From Geopsychrobacteraceae bacterium (GTDB taxonomy: Bacteria > Desulfobacterota > Desulfuromonadia > Desulfuromonadales > Geopsychrobacteraceae), in NCBI GenBank assembly GCA_963662315.1, contig OY759353.1:2944001-3008000 (forward strand): a stretch of DNA of 64,000 bases, read 5' to 3'. The translations under genes were made by a program, and so were the position numbers. Shown here one piece after another: positions 51,268-61,263 of this stretch (positions within the stretch are counted from its first letter, which is position 1; each line of letters starts with the position of its first letter). The notes beneath the pieces are model-generated. The model was not told the origin of the DNA. It searched no databases and was given only the letters and a program-made list of their open reading frames with translations.

Positions 51268-53355
51268 TCAATGCTGTGGCTGCCCCATTTCCAGCAACAG
51301 GGTCACACCTTCTTTCACATAGGGATCCTCAGCAAGCTGGCTATCAAGATCCTGCTCTTCGCCCTTGTCTTCTTCATCGGTCATCATGCCCAGATGCGGA
51401 GAATTCTTATCCTCTTCACGCAGTTGTTCACGCTCGGCAAGCATATCCTTCAGGCGTAGCGACTGCAATGTCTCATCGCGCCTTTTCTGAGCGTTGTGAA
51501 CATCAGTGATGATTTTCTGAAATTCTTTACTGGTTTTGACCCTGGCAGCACTATCACTTCGCAGCTGGTCCAGATGATCAACCGCATTTTTCCATAAATC
51601 GTAACGTGCTGAATCGATGTGATCCCAAGGGAGCGCATTATCCAGATATTTTTCCCCACTCTCAAGACCATCCAGACGTGACGGCAGCACGATATCCGGA
51701 GTCACCCCCTTTTCCTGAGTTGACTCACCGCTAATACGGTAGAATTTCTGAATCGTGACCTTGACAGCACCCAGCGGCATGTATTTGTCCATACCACGCA
51801 TGTTGACAAACCGATCAAGATCAAGCAGGGCCTGTACCGTTCCCTTGCCATGGGTGTGCTCGTCGCCAACAATCAGTGCGCGTTTATAATCCTGCAGAGC
51901 TCCGGCAAAGATCTCCGATGCTGAAGCACTGAAACGGTTAACCAGCACGATCATCGGTCCAGAGTAAGCGACATCGCGATCATCGTCGCGCATAACGCGG
52001 ATATCGCCGACACCGCTACGAATCTGTACCACCGGCCCGGTCTTGATAAACAGTCCACTGACACTGACGGCATCGGACAGAGAACCACCGCCATTATTGC
52101 GCAAATCGATGATCAACCCGGAAATATTTTCCTTGTTGAGCTTTTCGATCTCATTACGCAGATCATCGGTAACATTGCGATCGGTTTTACCACTGTAGTC
52201 ACGATAAAAGGACGGAATCTTTACATAGCCAAAGGTCTCTTTGGTAGCAGGATCACTAACCGTCGTGCCTTTGACAAACGTCTCTTCAATTTCAACGACA
52301 TCACGGATAATGGGAATGACCAGCTTGCGCCCATCCGGCTTTTTAACACTCAAGCGTACCTCAGTCCCCTTCTTGCCGCGAATCAGCGCAACGGCATCGC
52401 GGATCCGGGTGTCGGTAATATCAACCGGCTCATCACTCCCTTCGGCAACCTTGAGGATAATATCATCGGCTTCAAGCTGCCCTTGCTTGGCCGCAGCACT
52501 GCCAGGAATAACCCGCACAACCTTGATGTAGCCATCCTCTTCACGCAGTGTCGCGCCAATCCCTTCCAGGGAGCCACTCATCTGAATGTCAAAATCTTCT
52601 TTTGAGGTCGGTGGCATATAACTGGTATGCGGATCATAGGCCCTGGCGATAGCGTTAAGGTAGCGGTCATAATGATCCTGCTCTGATTCTTCCAGCATCC
52701 GCTCCATAAGATTACGCGTGGTTTTTCCAACCTTTTCCCGTGCCTTTGCCATCAGGTCCTGGTCCTGCTTTTTATCGACCGGCAGCAGAGCACCTTTGTC
52801 ATCAGTACCGATGTCATCTTCGCGTAAACTGATATAACGACTTAAAATCTGGTATTTAAGCACCTTGCGCCAACGTTCCCGTAACGCCTGCAGATCTATT
52901 GCGAAATCAATTTTTTCCGGATCGCTCTCAATGCTTTCGGCAACCTCGGGATCGATTTTCTGGGCCAGCAGTTCATCGAGCATACCCTGTACCTGGTTGA
53001 TACGCTGATCAAGGCGTTCACGACCAAGCAAAGGTAATTCAAGACGTCCACGCCTGATCGCATCGTCAATCTGATCATGATACTCATGCAACGCCGCCAC
53101 ATCTTCTTGCAGCAAAAAACGCTTTTGAAAATCCAGCTGTTTCAAATACAGGTCATAAGCCGCTTCGGACAGCTTATCGTCAGCCTGCTTCTGACTGTAA
53201 TGTTTACTGCCGAGCTGTTGCTGCAGCATATGCCCGATCAGTCGCGCCCGGTTAACATCAAAGGGCTCGGTCTCCTTGCTCAATGCCGTCAATGGCATAG
53301 TCAGCAACAGAGCAATCAGGACAAACCTGCTGAGGAAATTAAACTTTGAAGACAT
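51268..53355 (-). CDS. prc: Carboxy-terminal processing protease Prc/Tsp
   Basis: DPHTSY, GIGA PDZ, DLRNNGGG, SASASEI, GKGTVQ. Confidence 0.93.
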   Translation of the reverse strand: MSSKFNFLSRFVLIALLLTMPLTALSKETEPFDVNRARLIGHMLQQQLGSKHYSQKQADDKLSEAAYDLYLKQLDFQKRFLLQEDVAALHEYHDQIDDAIRRGRLELPLLGRERLDQRINQVQGMLDELLAQKIDPEVAESIESDPEKIDFAIDLQALRERWRKVLKYQILSRYISLREDDIGTDDKGALLPVDKKQDQDLMAKAREKVGKTTRNLMERMLEESEQDHYDRYLNAIARAYDPHTSYMPPTSKEDFDIQMSGSLEGIGATLREEDGYIKVVRVIPGSAAAKQGQLEADDIILKVAEGSDEPVDITDTRIRDAVALIRGKKGTEVRLSVKKPDGRKLVIPIIRDVVEIEETFVKGTTVSDPATKETFGYVKIPSFYRDYSGKTDRNVTDDLRNEIEKLNKENISGLIIDLRNNGGGSLSDAVSVSGLFIKTGPVVQIRSGVGDIRVMRDDDRDVAYSGPMIVLVNRFSASASEIFAGALQDYKRALIVGDEHTHGKGTVQALLDLDRFVNMRGMDKYMPLGAVKVTIQKFYRISGESTQEKGVTPDIVLPSRLDGLESGEKYLDNALPWDHIDSARYDLWKNAVDHLDQLRSDSAARVKTSKEFQKIITDVHNAQKRRDETLQSLRLKDMLAEREQLREEDKNSPHLGMMTDEEDKGEEQDLDSQLAEDPYVKEGVTLLLEMGQPQH

Positions 53356-53642
53356 AAATTAAATCCTTATCTGGCCACCTTCGTTTGTCCTGGTCCAGTT
53401 ATCGGCCTGGCACAAGTAGCTATCCGTAAGTCCTTAAATAGTGAATGATATTGATTTAAAAGACATTAAGATAATGTACCCCTGTCACCCCGCCCTTCGC
53501 AAGCGCGAATGTGAAAAAAGACCCTAATCCCAACATTCTGCTCATCACGAAAGCAAAAAGCATCAAGACCTGATAAACTTTTAGCAAGATCCAATCATGA
53601 TTAGAACCACTGAAGACGGGTATGTTTTAAAAGGAGAGATTT

Positions 53643-54014
53643 ATGACTGAACAGCGCCAATATCAGAGAATCGGGTTTCGTACAGAAGCCTCGATAATGA
53701 CTTCTGAGGCCACTTATTCATGCCATCTCATCGACCTCGCTCTTCAGGGAGCCCTTTTTCAATGTGAAATGGATACCCCCTTAAGTGTCGGCCAAAAAGC
53801 ACGTCTGCATATTTATCTGCCCGATTCAGAGATCAGCCTTAACTTTACCGCTGAAATGATCCATAAACATGATAAGTTCTGTGGCTTCCTGTTTCTAACC
53901 GAAGATGTCGATACTCTGGTCCACCTGCGCCGCTTGCTTGAATTAAATATCGGTGATGCTGAAAAAATCGACCATGAATTCGCTCACTGGCTGCATCAAA
54001 ATTCACTACCCTGA
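53643..54014 (+). CDS. PilZ domain protein
   Basis: QRQYQRI (RxxxR), DLALQG, HLRRLLELN. Confidence 0.85.
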   Translation: MTEQRQYQRIGFRTEASIMTSEATYSCHLIDLALQGALFQCEMDTPLSVGQKARLHIYLPDSEISLNFTAEMIHKHDKFCGFLFLTEDVDTLVHLRRLLELNIGDAEKIDHEFAHWLHQNSLP

Positions 54015-54027
54015 CTTTCCCTGAAAA

Positions 54028-54297
54028 TTACAGAGGAATCCGCTTTTTCTTACAATAACTGCGTAACACCATCTCGGCCTGATTCATCCGGGTCAACTGC
54101 ATGTTCTTGGCCTTGAGCTGCTGAACATCCTCCAGCGGTACCTGGGTCTGACGGATTTCACGTGTCACCAGCTGCAGATTGGCGAGGACTATTTTCATAT
54201 CCGCTGGGGTATATTGTTTTAACACGGGTGGTGAAAGACTGAAAAAACCAGCCGCAACATCCTGTGCCAGCTTCTTGGGACTGCCTGCTATTGCCAT
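54028..54297 (-). CDS. Small hypothetical protein
   Basis: 89 aa with an AAGGGAG RBS. Confidence 0.7.
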   Translation of the reverse strand: MAIAGSPKKLAQDVAAGFFSLSPPVLKQYTPADMKIVLANLQLVTREIRQTQVPLEDVQQLKAKNMQLTRMNQAEMVLRSYCKKKRIPL

Positions 54298-54406
54298 ATA
54301 AAAACTCCCTTCGAGTCCTTTTACTCCTGAGTGTTAACGCGCCAAATACCTTGCAGTCCGCCTATTCTCTTGCATTTTCAGCGCCCCTGTGAGATCAATC
54401 GCAGCC

Positions 54407-55282
54407 ATGCGAATATCAGAACATTCAAAAGGACTGCTCTTAACCTTCAGTGCGGTGCTGATCCTCAGCCCCGACGCCCTATTGGTGCGCCTGATCCATA
54501 GCGAAATCTGGACCCTGTTGTTCTGGCGCTGCCTGCTGACCAGCGTGATGATGCTGGTATTCCTTGCCTTGCGCTATCGCCGTAACCTTATCAAGGTCAT
54601 CATCTGTACCGGTCGCCCCGGTCTGCTCTCGGCCTTGACGATTACCTGCGGCTCACTGCTGTTTGTCAACTCTCTGAAACAGACCAGCGCCGCCAACACC
54701 CTGATTATTCTTGCCGCGACTCCGGTCATCAGCAGCCTGCTCAGTGCCATATTCCTTAAAGAGAAAATATCACGTGGCACCTGGCTGGCCATCACGGTCT
54801 GTTTTGGCGGAATTCTGCTGATCTTTTCCGGTAGCCTGCACAACGGACTGCTGCTGGGCGACCTGCTTGCCTTGGGCGCCACCACCATGTGGGGGAGTAA
54901 TATTGTCATCATCCGCAGCGGGAAGAATGTCAATATGATTCCCGCCAATGCCCTTGGCAACCTGTCTGTTGTTCCTATTTCCTTGTTCATGGGGGCCGCG
55001 CCCCTGCAGGTGAGCGGCGCGGATGCCAGCCTGCTCCTGCTGCTCGGCGGTCTGGTCCTGCCTCTTTCCTTTGCCATGATCACCTTGGGACCACGTTATC
55101 TGAAGGCGCCTGAGGTCAGCCTGATCTTACTGACAGAAACTGTTGTTGGTCCGATCTGGGTATGGCTGGCCCTGGGTGAAGTACCCCATATCAGATCTAT
55201 TGTCGCCGGGGCACTTATCGTCACAACCCTGATTGCCCACACCCTGTGGTCCGTGCGTCACCAAAGCCGCGCAAAAGCCTGA
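54407..55282 (+). CDS. DMT/EamA family transporter
   Basis: About 10 TM; LSPDALLVRL, APEVSL..E..GPIWVW. Confidence 0.85.
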   Translation: MRISEHSKGLLLTFSAVLILSPDALLVRLIHSEIWTLLFWRCLLTSVMMLVFLALRYRRNLIKVIICTGRPGLLSALTITCGSLLFVNSLKQTSAANTLIILAATPVISSLLSAIFLKEKISRGTWLAITVCFGGILLIFSGSLHNGLLLGDLLALGATTMWGSNIVIIRSGKNVNMIPANALGNLSVVPISLFMGAAPLQVSGADASLLLLLGGLVLPLSFAMITLGPRYLKAPEVSLILLTETVVGPIWVWLALGEVPHIRSIVAGALIVTTLIAHTLWSVRHQSRAKA

Positions 55283-55305
55283 ACCGTTTTCTGCTCTGCG
55301 CACGA

Positions 55306-56037
55306 TTATAATCGTGGCACTGTTGGTTGCAATCCCGCAGCTTGTAATACCTGAGCAAAATTTTCCGGGACATCCGTCTGTAGACGCAATTCTTTTCCAC
55401 TTAGCGGATGAGTCAGACGTAGCTCACAGGCGTGCAACAATAGACGCTGGCAGTCAAACTGTTCTCTGAACAAACGGTTATGCCGCCCTTCGCCATAACT
55501 GGTATCGCCAATCAGGGGATGAAAAATATGTTTAAAGTGGCGCCGGAGCTGATGCCGGCGGCCGTTTAGCGGTGTCATCTCCACCAGGGCATAACGACTC
55601 TGCTGATAACGCCCGACAGCGAACGGCACCTCACAACGGGCCAGAGTCCGGTAACGGGTCACAGCGGGGCGCGCTACCGCATCGTCCACCTGCGAACCGA
55701 AATCAGGCCCATCGGTTAACGCATAATCTATCTCCCCCTCGTCATCCGGCCAGCCCCGCACCACAGCCATGTAACGCTTATAAATTTGTTGTTCGGAAAA
55801 GCTGGTTCCAACCTGACGGGCGATATCCCTGTTCAGGGCAAACAAAAGCACCCCCGAAGTCGGCTTATCGAGACGATGGACCGGGTAAACCCGCTGTTTG
55901 AGCTGATTCCTCAGTAGTTGAACAGCAAAACGCGTTTCATGCCGGTCGATCATCGTCCGATGCACAAGCAAACCGCTCGGCTTATTGATTGCGACCAGGA
56001 CATCATCCTGATAAAGAATTTCCAGCTGCTCTTTCAT
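55306..56037 (-). CDS. truC: tRNA pseudouridine(65) synthase TruC-like
   Basis: NKPSGLLVH, HRLDKPTSG, GRRHQLRRH, GDTSYG. Confidence 0.85.
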   Translation of the reverse strand: MKEQLEILYQDDVLVAINKPSGLLVHRTMIDRHETRFAVQLLRNQLKQRVYPVHRLDKPTSGVLLFALNRDIARQVGTSFSEQQIYKRYMAVVRGWPDDEGEIDYALTDGPDFGSQVDDAVARPAVTRYRTLARCEVPFAVGRYQQSRYALVEMTPLNGRRHQLRRHFKHIFHPLIGDTSYGEGRHNRLFREQFDCQRLLLHACELRLTHPLSGKELRLQTDVPENFAQVLQAAGLQPTVPRL

Positions 56038-56206
56038 TACATATAACCTTTTTTCAGAATAACCCCATCATCATCCCGCAAATCCCGATTTGCAACAACA
56101 AACAACCTTGACCAAAATAAAGCTGTAGCCTAAGCTTGCGCCTTTGGATAATTTTTATCCTATGCAATTTCAGTGGGCTCTCCCCCACTTTTTGGGAGCT
56201 ATTCAC

Positions 56207-57067
56207 TTGACTGACCTGCTGCAATATATCTTTTCCGGCCTCACCAGCGGTGCCATCTATGCCCTGATTGCCCTTGGCTTTTGTGTTGTCAACAACACTA
56301 TGGGTATTCTTAACTTCATTCAGGTCGATTTTGTCTCCCTGGGTGGCATGCTGCTGTTTTCGGCCCTGTTCTCCATCGGCGTTCCCATGGTACCCGGCCT
56401 GCTGCTCGCCGTTGCCGGCGTTGCCATGATCGCCATGCTGGTGGAACGCTTCGGTCTGCGCCCCGCCCGTTCCGACAATCATACAGTACTGGTCTTTCTG
56501 ACCGTCGGGCTGTCCATCATTTTGCGTGGCATTATCAAACTGGTCTGGGGTAAAAATCGCATGGCCCTGCCCCCCTTAACTCCTGACATTCCGGTAGAAA
56601 TCTTCGGTGCCAGTGTCCTGCCTCAGGCATTGTGGATCTTGCTGCTGACCTTCATCGCCATTGTGCTGCTGACCTGGTTCTTTTATCGCACGCCACTGGG
56701 GTTGTCGATGCGCGCCGTGGCCTCCAATCCAACCGCTGCCGCCATTGTCGGCATTCCGGCCGGCAGAATCCGTCTGACCAGCTACGCCATTGCCGGTGCC
56801 CTGGGTGGGCTGGCCGGGGTTCTGGTTACACCCATTACCACCTTGAGTTACGACGTTGGTGTCCTGCTGGGCCTCAAAGGCTTTGCCGCAGCAATCCTCG
56901 GCGGCTTCGGCTCATTCCCCGGTGCCGTCATCGGCGGCCTGGGACTCGGCCTACTTGAGTCTTTGTCAGCGGGATATTTTTCCAGCGCTTACAAAGACGT
57001 GGTTGCTTTTATTGTTCTGGTTCTGGTTCTTTTTATCAAACCCACCGGGCTTCTCGGTAAGGAATAA
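56207..57067 (+). CDS. livH: Branched-chain amino acid-type ABC permease
   Basis: GAIYALIALG, KGFAAAILGG; TTG start after GGGAG. Confidence 0.88.
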   Translation: MTDLLQYIFSGLTSGAIYALIALGFCVVNNTMGILNFIQVDFVSLGGMLLFSALFSIGVPMVPGLLLAVAGVAMIAMLVERFGLRPARSDNHTVLVFLTVGLSIILRGIIKLVWGKNRMALPPLTPDIPVEIFGASVLPQALWILLLTFIAIVLLTWFFYRTPLGLSMRAVASNPTAAAIVGIPAGRIRLTSYAIAGALGGLAGVLVTPITTLSYDVGVLLGLKGFAAAILGGFGSFPGAVIGGLGLGLLESLSAGYFSSAYKDVVAFIVLVLVLFIKPTGLLGKE

Positions 57068-57071
57068 GCTG

Positions 57072-58904
57072 ATGACAGATAAAACTGCTATTGAACTGTT
57101 GATGGGAAATGAAGCGATCGGCCAGGGGCTGATCGAGGCAGGCTGCCAGGTTGCAGCCGCTTATCCCGGAACCCCTTCGACGGAAATCCTGCAGGCGATC
57201 ATTGATCGTCAGCACCATGCCATCGAACCATTGCATATCGAATGGTCGGTCAACGAAAAAGTTGCTTTCGAAGTCGCACTGGCGGCCAGCTATACCGGCA
57301 AACGCTCCGTGGCGGTTATGAAGCAGGTCGGCCTTAATGTCGCGGCTGATCCCTTTATGCGCACCGCCTACCTCGGGGTGAAGGGGGGCATGCTGACCGT
57401 AGTCGCCGATGACCCAGGCCCCCACAGCTCTCAGAACGAGCAGGATACCCGGCTGTTTTGCCTACAGGGGCGGGTTCCGGTTATCGACCCGGCCAGTCCG
57501 GCCGAAGCCAAGGAGTTGATCGAAGCGGCTTATGCGCTGTCGGAAAAATATGAAATGAATATCGTTCTGCGGCCGACCACGCGCATCTGTCATTCACGCC
57601 AGAATGCCGCTGTAAAAATTCCGCAACCGCTGAAGCGCCAGGCCGTTTTCAAAAAGGACCCGACCCGCTGGGCCGCAACACCGGCATTTTTACCGGCCCT
57701 GCATCGTAAGCTCAACGAAAACCTGGAAAAAATTGCTGCCGAGCCCGCCTGGCAACCGAAATTCACTGCCGGTAACAGCAGTCGGCCCAAAACGGCTTTC
57801 GTCGCTTCCGGTATTGTTTATGGCCATCTCGTTGACCTGCTGGCTGAACTTGGCCTCAGTGGCCAGATCGACCTTTTCCAGGTGATCATGCCGTACCCAC
57901 TGAACCCCGATTTCTGCAACCAGCTGAAAAGGGACTATGAGCGGATTCTGATCCTGGAGGAAACCTACCCGGTTATCGAGCTACAACTGGCCCATCCGGG
58001 TGCGGCAGGCAAGCAAACCGGAGCGGTACCGCGCGAGGGAGAACTGACCCCTGATGTGATTTACGAGGCTCTGGCCGCGTTTCTCAACCTTGATCCACCG
58101 GCTGAAAAACCTTTGGAACGGCGTGGCCAACGCCCGTCCCTTTGTCCCGGCTGCCCTCACCGGGCGGCTTTTTACAGTATCAAGAAGTGCTTTCCGCAAG
58201 GGATTTTTCCTTCTGATATCGGTTGTTACACCCTGGGCATGAACCTTGGCGCTGTCAACACGGTCCACTGTATGGGGGCCTGTATCAGTCAGGGAGCCGG
58301 CTTTTACCAATCCTACCACCAGGAGGGTGACAACTTTCCGACTATTGTCGTTACTATCGGAGATTCCACCTTCTTCCATAGCGGTATCCCGGCCCTGATC
58401 AATGCGGTTATCCAGCAGGCGCGTATCATTGTCGTTATCCTCGATAATGCCACCACCGCCATGACAGGGGGACAACCGGTCCCGCACATGGGGCTGGCCG
58501 CCGGCAACAAGCCGACCAAGGCCATCGCCATCGAACCGCTCGTCAAAGCCAGCGGCGTAGAGTTTCTGGAAAGCTGCGATCCTTATGATCAGGCGGGTTT
58601 TGAAACCCTGCTGAAACAGGCTGATGATTATATTCGCAGCCCGCAAGGGGGCGTTGCGGTCCTGATTTCCCGCCATGGCTGTATCATGACGCCCGGCGTA
58701 CGCAAGAATCAGGAATCCTCACGCATTGCCATTTTGGACAGCTGCATTGCCTGTGGTAAATGTGTCGGCGCCTTTGAATGCCCGGCCCTGTCCATGGATA
58801 AAGAGAAAAAGGTCGCCGTTGTTGATCATGACCGTTGTATCGGCTGTGGCTGCTGCATCCCGGTTTGTCCGGTTAACGCCATCGTCAAGGAGGAGCAGGC
58901 ATGA
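57072..58904 (+). CDS. iorA: Indolepyruvate:ferredoxin oxidoreductase alpha subunit
   Basis: GNEAI, YPGTPSTE, NEKVA, CPGCPH, DIGC, GDSTF, C-terminal 2[4Fe-4S] motifs. Confidence 0.92.
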   Translation: MTDKTAIELLMGNEAIGQGLIEAGCQVAAAYPGTPSTEILQAIIDRQHHAIEPLHIEWSVNEKVAFEVALAASYTGKRSVAVMKQVGLNVAADPFMRTAYLGVKGGMLTVVADDPGPHSSQNEQDTRLFCLQGRVPVIDPASPAEAKELIEAAYALSEKYEMNIVLRPTTRICHSRQNAAVKIPQPLKRQAVFKKDPTRWAATPAFLPALHRKLNENLEKIAAEPAWQPKFTAGNSSRPKTAFVASGIVYGHLVDLLAELGLSGQIDLFQVIMPYPLNPDFCNQLKRDYERILILEETYPVIELQLAHPGAAGKQTGAVPREGELTPDVIYEALAAFLNLDPPAEKPLERRGQRPSLCPGCPHRAAFYSIKKCFPQGIFPSDIGCYTLGMNLGAVNTVHCMGACISQGAGFYQSYHQEGDNFPTIVVTIGDSTFFHSGIPALINAVIQQARIIVVILDNATTAMTGGQPVPHMGLAAGNKPTKAIAIEPLVKASGVEFLESCDPYDQAGFETLLKQADDYIRSPQGGVAVLISRHGCIMTPGVRKNQESSRIAILDSCIACGKCVGAFECPALSMDKEKKVAVVDHDRCIGCGCCIPVCPVNAIVKEEQA

Positions 58905-59401
58905 AACAACAGATTATTGTCAGTGGTATCGGCGGTCAGGGCGTTTTGTTTTTGACCCGGGTTATTGCTCAGGTTGCGGTCGATCGTGGCATCCCGGTAT
59001 TAACTGCCGAAACCCATGGTATGGCTCAACGCGGTGGCACGGTCCTGTCCACCATCAAGGTCGGTGATTTTGCCAGCCCCCTGATCCGCACCGGTCAAGC
59101 GGACCTGGGACTGCTGTTGTGGGATGCCAATCTCGAGGTTCATCGGACCCTGCTCAAAACCAATGGAACCCTGCTCATCAATTCCGCGACGGCCGGGGAA
59201 GGGATCCGCGTTGATGCCGCAGCCATGGCTCGTGAGCTCGGTAACGCCGTATTACTGAATCTTATTCTGCTCGGGCGGGCCGTCAAAGAAGAGGTTGTGT
59301 TCTGCAGCGCTTCCGAGTGCGAGCAGGCCATTCGTAAGCTCGCTCCGGAAAAATTTGTTGAGCAGAATCTCGAAGCATTCCACTTGGGGATGGCAAGTTG
59401 A
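58901..59401 (+). CDS. iorB: Indolepyruvate oxidoreductase beta subunit
   Basis: GIGGQG, ETHGMAQRGG. Confidence 0.9.
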   Translation: MKQQIIVSGIGGQGVLFLTRVIAQVAVDRGIPVLTAETHGMAQRGGTVLSTIKVGDFASPLIRTGQADLGLLLWDANLEVHRTLLKTNGTLLINSATAGEGIRVDAAAMARELGNAVLLNLILLGRAVKEEVVFCSASECEQAIRKLAPEKFVEQNLEAFHLGMAS

Positions 59402-59426
59402 TCATTTTCAACCACAGGAATCAGGC

Positions 59427-60428
59427 ATGACCAGCAAACAGAAATTTCTCTATTTCCTGTATCTGCATCGCACCGGCTTGTGTGTCGTGGCACTCTCGCT
59501 GGTTCTGCTGCTGTTCCCGCTGGTTGAGGAAAATCCCTACACCCTGGGGCTGACCAACCTGATCGCCATTAATGCCATCATTGTCCTGGGCCTTAATCTC
59601 TTTATCGGTTTCACCGGTCAGATCTCCCTGGGGCACGCTGCATTTTTCGGCCTTGGGGCCTACGGCTCTGGAATCGCAACGGTAATATTTGAACTGCCAC
59701 CCTGGCCGGCCATGCTGCTGGTTGCCGCTCTCGTTGCCATTATTGCCCTGTTGGTCGGCATTCCGGCCTTGCGTTTGTCAGGCCATTACCTGGCGATGGC
59801 GACGCTGGGCATGAACTTTGTCTTTCACATCATGCTGATCCAGTGGGATGAGGTCACCGGCGGCCCCAGCGGCTTCTCCGGGATTCCTTACCTGGGGTTC
59901 GGTTCCTTTGAATTTGACGACGAAGTCCGCCTGCATTATCTGCTCTGGGCCATCGCTATGATATTTCTGCTGTTATGTCTCAATCTGGTGCGCAGCGGCG
60001 TCGGTCGAGGTATGGCCGCTTTAGCGGGCGATGAAATCGCCGCAGCGGCTCTCGGGGTCGACACCCGGACCACCAAAGTAAAAGTTTTTGTCCTGTCGGC
60101 CGTCATGGCGTCAATGGCCGGTAGCCTATATGCCCATACCTACTCTTTTGTCAGCCCTGATTCCTTTGATATTTTCACTGCGACCGATTTTGCCATTATG
60201 GTGGTTATCGGTGGCATGGGGTCAATCTGGGGATCGTTACTGGGGGCCGCCTTCATGACCATGCTGCCGGAATGGATGGACCTGTTTGAAACCTACAAGG
60301 ATTTTGTCCATGGCGGCATTCTGGTGCTGGTGCTGATGTTCCTGCCCCAGGGGTTGGTGACCGGGTTGTTTGAAATGATCAAAACCCGCCTGACGCTGCG
60401 GAGGCATAACAATGCTGCGTCTGAATAA
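59427..60428 (+). CDS. livM: Branched-chain amino acid-type ABC permease
   Basis: GQISLGHAAFFG, LRLSGHYLAMATL, TGGPSG. Confidence 0.88.
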   Translation: MTSKQKFLYFLYLHRTGLCVVALSLVLLLFPLVEENPYTLGLTNLIAINAIIVLGLNLFIGFTGQISLGHAAFFGLGAYGSGIATVIFELPPWPAMLLVAALVAIIALLVGIPALRLSGHYLAMATLGMNFVFHIMLIQWDEVTGGPSGFSGIPYLGFGSFEFDDEVRLHYLLWAIAMIFLLLCLNLVRSGVGRGMAALAGDEIAAAALGVDTRTTKVKVFVLSAVMASMAGSLYAHTYSFVSPDSFDIFTATDFAIMVVIGGMGSIWGSLLGAAFMTMLPEWMDLFETYKDFVHGGILVLVLMFLPQGLVTGLFEMIKTRLTLRRHNNAASE

Positions 60429-61176
60429 TGTCTGTAAAAATTTCGGCGGTCTGCCCGCCTTAAGCGATGTCTCATTCGCGGTTCCGGCTGGCAAGCTGAC
60501 GGCCCTGATCGGCCCCAACGGCGCCGGAAAAAGCACCCTGATCAATTGCATTACCGGGGTTCTGACCCCGAGCAGCGGTTCGGTCTATTTCCGTAATCAG
60601 GACATCACCGGCCTAGGTCCCCATGTTATCAGTCACGCCGGTATCGCCAGAACCTTTCAGAATCTCAAGATTTTCCCCCGCATGAATGTCCTTGACAACG
60701 TCCTGACCGGCCTGACTGGTGAAGGTGGCCACAGCATGCTGATGGCGATGTTGCGTCTGCCTTATTTACGTCACCGCGAACGGCAGTTGAAATTACGCGC
60801 TCTGGAAGCCCTCGATCGTTTCGCTCTCAGTGATAAAGCAAACTGGCCGGCCGGAGTGTTAGCCTACGGCGATAAAAAGCGCGTTGAGTTGGCGCGGGCA
60901 ACGGTCGGTAATCCACACCTGCTGCTGCTCGATGAGCCGGTTGCCGGCTTGAATGCCGAAGAAACAGCCGCGGTGGGTGAACAGTTACGTCTATTGCGCA
61001 ACAATGGCCACACCATGTTGCTCGTTGAACACGATATGGATCTGGTCATGGAACTGGCCGATCAGGTTGTAGTCCTGGATAGCGGTAAATGTATCGCCAC
61101 CGGCAGCCCCGCTGAAGTGAGACGTAATCCATTGGTCCTCGAAGCTTATCTGGGCCGTATGGATGCGACGGCTTAA
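60412..61176 (+). CDS. livG: ABC ATPase LivG-like
   Basis: GPNGAGKS, ARTFQN, LLDEP, VEHDM. Confidence 0.9.
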   Translation: MLRLNNVCKNFGGLPALSDVSFAVPAGKLTALIGPNGAGKSTLINCITGVLTPSSGSVYFRNQDITGLGPHVISHAGIARTFQNLKIFPRMNVLDNVLTGLTGEGGHSMLMAMLRLPYLRHRERQLKLRALEALDRFALSDKANWPAGVLAYGDKKRVELARATVGNPHLLLLDEPVAGLNAEETAAVGEQLRLLRNNGHTMLLVEHDMDLVMELADQVVVLDSGKCIATGSPAEVRRNPLVLEAYLGRMDATA

Positions 61177-61263
61177 TACGCTTGCTGCATTGCGCGATTT
61201 CAGATTTGAAATTTCAGATCATTTTCTTCCGGCCTTTGCGGCCAAAACTCGGGACTTAAAACT

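Noticed and set aside
53407..53421. TGGCAC as a sigma54 promoter for the PilZ gene
   Set aside because: GG-to-GC spacing is 8 nt, not the required 10.
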